From: Faecousia sp.
Lineage (GTDB): Bacteria > Bacillota > Clostridia > Oscillospirales > Oscillospiraceae
Direction of reading: 5' to 3'
Length of the DNA: 40,475 nucleotides
Assembly (NCBI GenBank): GCA_045545615.1
Contig: JAZQBF010000237.1
Coordinates: 1 to 40,475 of the forward strand
The translations under genes and the position numbers were made by a program. This document shows positions 36,283 to 40,475 of the stretch, piece after piece. The notes beneath the pieces are model-generated. The model did no database searches. It was not told the origin of the DNA and worked only from the letters and a program-made list of their open reading frames with translations. The number at the start of each line of letters is the position of its first letter. The stretch's first letter is position 1.

Positions 36283-37422
36283 TTGTTAGCGTATATTTTA
36301 CAAATGCTGTTTTTTGCATTATCCATATTTTCTGTTGTAATTATGTTTGTCATGGTCCTGAAGGATATGACTGCAACAAAAAAACAGTGGTGGACATTGC
36401 TGCTGCCGATCTTATTGCTGTTTATGGTTTTTGCCTACCGGTTTGATTGGAATGAAAATGCAACAAGTGATCTGAACCGGTATTTTCGAGACTTTGCTGG
36501 TTTACGACAGAATGGCTTTGATTATGAAATGCAATATGCCGACGAGTTTTCTTGGCTGTGGCGCATGATTGCCTATGCTTTTTGTGGCGTAAAGAATTTG
36601 CATTGGTTTCCCATGTTTTCGGTGGCAGTGGACTTCACCATTTTCTTTTACATTTTAGTAGAATCAGCCGAGGATAATAAATTCTCTGCATTGGACATGC
36701 TATTATGTCTGATTCTACGCTTGTGTTTATTGCCAATCATTATATCGGTATCAGCACCAAGAAATACACTGGCATATTCTTTCTTTAGTTTAGGTGTGTA
36801 TGCGTACTATAAATACGGATATAAGAATGTAGGTGTCTACTTGTGGATGTTAGCTGGTGTAATGACCCACACAACTGTGCTTTTAGGTGTTGTACTCTTT
36901 TTCTTGGCTAGACTTATTGCTGATTGGAAACCTATGCTTTTTGTGTTTGTATTGGTAGGTGCGCTTTACGGTAGTGTGATTGGCCCGATGCTGGAGGGAA
37001 GCACCAATGAATATATCCAGTATTTCGTTGGCAAGTGGGAAATGTATTCTGTTATACCAAACAAATATGATGTACAAAAGACAGAATTTATTATGGTGGG
37101 TCTTTTGCCACTCTTTATTTGGATGCTCTGCTGGTATTTAAGCAAAAATCAATCGCCGAGAAAACTGCGGACAGGATATATTCTTGCTAATATGGCAACA
37201 ACTATTGGTGTTAGTACGATTATGCCCACACTATTCTTGCGGTTATGCTATCCAACCGCAATTACAATGCCGATCCTTTGGGGAGAGAGCAAAAGAACGC
37301 TTGTCAGCAATACCAGAAACAGTGGTGTATATTGGCTGATTTTAGTTTTGATCGTTCTTGTGTTGTTGTTATCCACGCGTTTGGCATGGTCTTATGAACT
37401 TTATTGGTTCTTTGAAATGTAA
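36283..37422 (+). CDS. wzy: Probable Wzy polysaccharide polymerase (EpsG-like)
   Basis: About ten hydrophobic segments; pattern AYR...SDLNRY, PRNTLA, THTT and FLRL; AT-rich; located inside a GT cluster. Confidence 0.7.
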   Translation: MLAYILQMLFFALSIFSVVIMFVMVLKDMTATKKQWWTLLLPILLLFMVFAYRFDWNENATSDLNRYFRDFAGLRQNGFDYEMQYADEFSWLWRMIAYAFCGVKNLHWFPMFSVAVDFTIFFYILVESAEDNKFSALDMLLCLILRLCLLPIIISVSAPRNTLAYSFFSLGVYAYYKYGYKNVGVYLWMLAGVMTHTTVLLGVVLFFLARLIADWKPMLFVFVLVGALYGSVIGPMLEGSTNEYIQYFVGKWEMYSVIPNKYDVQKTEFIMVGLLPLFIWMLCWYLSKNQSPRKLRTGYILANMATTIGVSTIMPTLFLRLCYPTAITMPILWGESKRTLVSNTRNSGVYWLILVLIVLVLLLSTRLAWSYELYWFFEM

Positions 37423-37459
37423 TAATGAAAATGAAGATGTTGGTAAGGCGGTAAACACA

Positions 37460-38542
37460 ATGTCAAAAACAAGAAAAACCAATTTGGAATTGCTCAGAGT
37501 TCTTGCTATGTTTATGGTTATTGTTCTTCACACTTTGGGACACGGTGGCGTGCTGAACACCTACACCTTCGGCCAAGCCGGGTATTATGTGATCTGGTTG
37601 ATAGAATCGCTATGCTTGGTAGCAGTAAATTGTTTCGTTTTGATTACCGGCTATTTTATGGTCGAGTCCCAAACCAAACTGTCCCGCATATTGAAATTGA
37701 TGACACAGGTTTGGTTTTATTCTGTGTTAAGTTTGTTTGTTGCAAAGTTTTTGTTCAAACAGCCCATTGGACTCAAGAGTTTGGTATGTGCGTTGTTTCC
37801 CTTAACAGGACAGCAGTACTGGTTCGCAACTGCTTATGCTGTGCTGTTGGCACTGACGCCGCTGATCAACAAACTGATCCATTCTATGGACCGGAAGGCA
37901 CACCTTAAAGCAATTGGCTTGCTGCTGTCAGTGTTTTGCGTTATTCCCACTATATTTTTTTGGGGCAGAAAGCCACTGGGCTACGGTTATGATTTTGCTT
38001 GGTTTATTGTTTTGTATTTTGTTGCGGCCTATATTCGATTGTACGGAATATCGCTCTCCGGCAAAAAATGCGCTTTTGGATATCTATTGGCTTCCTTGAT
38101 AGGTTTTGCCAGCAATATTGTGTTGGGCATCGCTACAAAGGTTGCGTTCGGTTCTCCAAAGCGTATGGACCTGATGTTTGTATATAATGCAATCCCATTT
38201 TTTGTTGCGGCTGTTTTCTTGTTTGCTGCCTTTACGAAACTGACAGTTAAAGGGGAATTTTTAAATTGGATTTCCCGGGCCGGCGTATATGTGTTCGGCG
38301 GATATCTGATTACAGACCATGCTTTGATCAGAGAGCCGCTTTGGAAACTTATAAATCTTCCTGCGATTGCGCAGACAAGCCTGATGGCGACAGTGGGCGC
38401 GGTATTTGCGGTGACGATCATTGCGGTTGTTATAGGATGTATCGTGGAAGCAATCAGAATATGCATCACGAAATGGCTTGGGCTTGAAAAACTTTTTGAG
38501 TGGGCGGAGAATGTGTTTAACAAACAGATAAATAGAATTTAG
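37460..38542 (+). CDS. Acyltransferase-3 family O-acyltransferase
   Basis: NLELLRVLAMFMVIVLH, AVNCFVLITGYF and YWFATAY; multi-TM. Probable start ATG 37460. Confidence 0.9.
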   Translation: MSKTRKTNLELLRVLAMFMVIVLHTLGHGGVLNTYTFGQAGYYVIWLIESLCLVAVNCFVLITGYFMVESQTKLSRILKLMTQVWFYSVLSLFVAKFLFKQPIGLKSLVCALFPLTGQQYWFATAYAVLLALTPLINKLIHSMDRKAHLKAIGLLLSVFCVIPTIFFWGRKPLGYGYDFAWFIVLYFVAAYIRLYGISLSGKKCAFGYLLASLIGFASNIVLGIATKVAFGSPKRMDLMFVYNAIPFFVAAVFLFAAFTKLTVKGEFLNWISRAGVYVFGGYLITDHALIREPLWKLINLPAIAQTSLMATVGAVFAVTIIAVVIGCIVEAIRICITKWLGLEKLFEWAENVFNKQINRI

Positions 38543-38570
38543 TAACTGCATGATAGCATTGAGAGGAAAT

Positions 38571-39560
38571 ATGGGCGATAAGATATCAGTAATTGTTCCG
38601 GTTTACAACAATGAAGCATATTTGGAAAAATGCCTTAATAGCCTGCAATCGCAGACTTATTCCAATATGGAGTTTCTTCTGATCAACGATGGATCCACCG
38701 ATGCAAGCGAAGAAATCTGCAAGCGATTTGTTTCGGATGATTCCAGATTCCGGTATTTTTACCAGCCCAACGCGGGCGTGTCCGCAGCAAGAAACAAAGG
38801 CCTGGATATGGCAACCGGCGATTATATCGGTTTTTGTGATAGCGATGATTGGGTGGAGCCAGATATGTACGAGGTGTTATATAAGCTGCTTCGGGATAAT
38901 CAGGCACAAATCGCGATCACCTCGTTTATAAGAGAGGTTTCCGGAATAGAAGAACCGTGGAAAGACGATTATACGGTTCGCACATTCACACCCCAAAGAG
39001 CCATTCAGGAAATGCTCAAAGGAGAACTGTTTGGCGGGTATTTGTGCAATAAACTTTTTAAGCGTTCCTTATTCCAAAACCTCCGATTGGATACAGAGAT
39101 TGCTATATATGAAGACACCCTGGCTTGCTGGGAGGCTGTACGGCTGTCTGAAGATGTTGTGTTTCAAGATGTGCACAAGTATCATTACATAATCAACACT
39201 GCTGCTGCAATGGCATCAACTTACAGAGAAAAACATTGGACTGCCCGTGATGCAGTATATAAACTGTATGATAATATGAAACAGTATTTCCCCGAACACA
39301 TTAAATACGCACAGCGTTCGATTGCGGTTAACAGCTATTGGCTGGCAGAAAAAATGGCGCTTTCCAACATGTTAACCAAAGAGAAATACCGGATACTGCT
39401 GCAGGATTTTAAGACCCACTACACAAAAAGCGTAGCATCTTTAATTGATAAAAAGTTCAGACAGAAGTATGTTGTGTTTACGAAAGGAAGGGTATTCTTT
39501 ATGTTATTTATCAAGGCTCTGGATGGCTTCAGACGAGTGAAGCGGTGTCTTGGTAAATGA
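38571..39560 (+). CDS. Glycosyltransferase family 2
   Basis: ISVIVPVYN, INDGSTD, GVSAARN, FCDSDD and YED. SD GAGAGG supports ATG 38571. Confidence 0.93.
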   Translation: MGDKISVIVPVYNNEAYLEKCLNSLQSQTYSNMEFLLINDGSTDASEEICKRFVSDDSRFRYFYQPNAGVSAARNKGLDMATGDYIGFCDSDDWVEPDMYEVLYKLLRDNQAQIAITSFIREVSGIEEPWKDDYTVRTFTPQRAIQEMLKGELFGGYLCNKLFKRSLFQNLRLDTEIAIYEDTLACWEAVRLSEDVVFQDVHKYHYIINTAAAMASTYREKHWTARDAVYKLYDNMKQYFPEHIKYAQRSIAVNSYWLAEKMALSNMLTKEKYRILLQDFKTHYTKSVASLIDKKFRQKYVVFTKGRVFFMLFIKALDGFRRVKRCLGK

Positions 39561-39575
39561 TTTAAGATAGGCGAA

Positions 39576-40475
39576 ATGAACAAACTGAAAAGCACTACCT
39601 ACAATTTTGTATTTTCCGCAATATCCCAGGTTGTAACGATCGTTTTGGGGGTTGTGTTGCCGCGGGTCATCTTAGTAAACTATGGCTCAGAGATCAACGG
39701 TCTCCTTTCGTCGGTAATGCAGCTGATCGCTTACCTGATCTTGTTTGAGGCAGGTATTCAGGCTGTTGCCACCAAGTCGCTGTACAGAACCATTGCCAAG
39801 GATTCCAGGCAGGAGACCAACGAGATCCTGGCAGCGGTGCATCACAACTACAGAAAGATCGGTATTCTTTACTGTGTCGGTTTGCTGGCGCTGTCAGTAG
39901 GCTATCCACTGTTTTTTGAGGTTGCCGGATTAAGTAAGACCTCTGTTTTCCTGGTCGTTTTCTTCTCCGGTTTCAGCAATGTGATAGCCTTCTTCTTCCA
40001 GGCAAAGTACAAGATCCTGTTGACGGTGGATGGCAGAGAATATGTTTTGACCAACTTAAATACCATCACCAATGTCTTGACCTTTGGACTGAAAATTGCG
40101 CTGTTTGGTATCGGTTTCCCGGTACATTGGATCATTATTTTTTCTTTTGCTGTTTCCATGATCCAAACAGGTTTTATTCTGCATTACATCAAAAAGAAAT
40201 ACGCGTGGATCGATTTAGATGCAAAACCGGATCTGGCTGCACTGGATCAAAGCAAGCATGCTTTGATACATCAGATATCCGGATTGGTTTTTTCCAATAC
40301 GGATGTGTTGCTCCTGACAATTTTTTGCGACTTTAAAATTGTCAGCGTTTATACCGTTTATAAACTGGTTCTGAATCATATTTCCACATTGTTATCTATG
40401 CCGCTGAACAGCTGCTCCTTTGCGCTGGGACAGGCGTTTTATATCGACAAAGACCGCTTTTGCCGGATGCTTGAC
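39576..40475 (+). CDS. wzx: Wzx/MATE-like polysaccharide flippase, 5' part (runs off the window)
   Basis: My translation from ATG 39576 reads MNKLKSTTYNFVFSAISQVVTIVLGVVLPRVILVNYGSEINGLLSSVMQLIAYLILFEAG..., a typical flippase N-terminus. It is absent from the ORF track, consistent with no stop before the window edge. Confidence 0.82.
   Translation, partial: MNKLKSTTYNFVFSAISQVVTIVLGVVLPRVILVNYGSEINGLLSSVMQLIAYLILFEAGIQAVATKSLYRTIAKDSRQETNEILAAVHHNYRKIGILYCVGLLALSVGYPLFFEVAGLSKTSVFLVVFFSGFSNVIAFFFQAKYKILLTVDGREYVLTNLNTITNVLTFGLKIALFGIGFPVHWIIIFSFAVSMIQTGFILHYIKKKYAWIDLDAKPDLAALDQSKHALIHQISGLVFSNTDVLLLTIFCDFKIVSVYTVYKLVLNHISTLLSMPLNSCSFALGQAFYIDKDRFCRMLD

Overview
Chromosomal segment from what is probably a gut or rumen Clostridia bacterium (Bacillota). 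This is inferred from sigmaA-type promoters, strong SD sequences, a T-box riboswitch, ARG-box-like sites and a GTAG-type REP. Left to right: an AT-rich ankyrin-like orphan flanked by unusual structured and repeat DNA; an acyl-CoA thioesterase; argG-argH-argF (minus); ridA; a Trp T-box operon trpB2-chrA-chrA; a 3-gene cassette (HprK-related P-loop kinase, PqqD/RRE protein, membrane-anchored Thr/Pro-rich protein) with no visible RiPP precursor; glnA; a YwaF-like membrane protein; a 4-gene unit (divergent NagB-like enzyme, amidohydrolase, GNAT, AraC); an ABC-2 exporter with a large zinc-ribbon membrane protein; an M42 peptidase. From about 23.3 kb to the end lies a Wzx/Wzy polysaccharide locus with a TagF-like transferase, a beta-propeller protein, several GT2/GT4 enzymes, a GT11 fucosyltransferase next to a bifunctional Fkp fucose-salvage enzyme, Wzy, an O-acyltransferase and a Wzx cut by the window edge. 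The best candidates for undescribed systems are the precursor-less kinase/RRE/surface-protein cassette, the NagB-like/amidohydrolase/GNAT unit, the Trp-regulated TrpB2+CHR operon and the Fkp-GT11 fucosylation module. No rRNA, tRNA, CRISPR array, transposase or integrase was recognised. All family calls come from motif recognition by eye; no database search was run.
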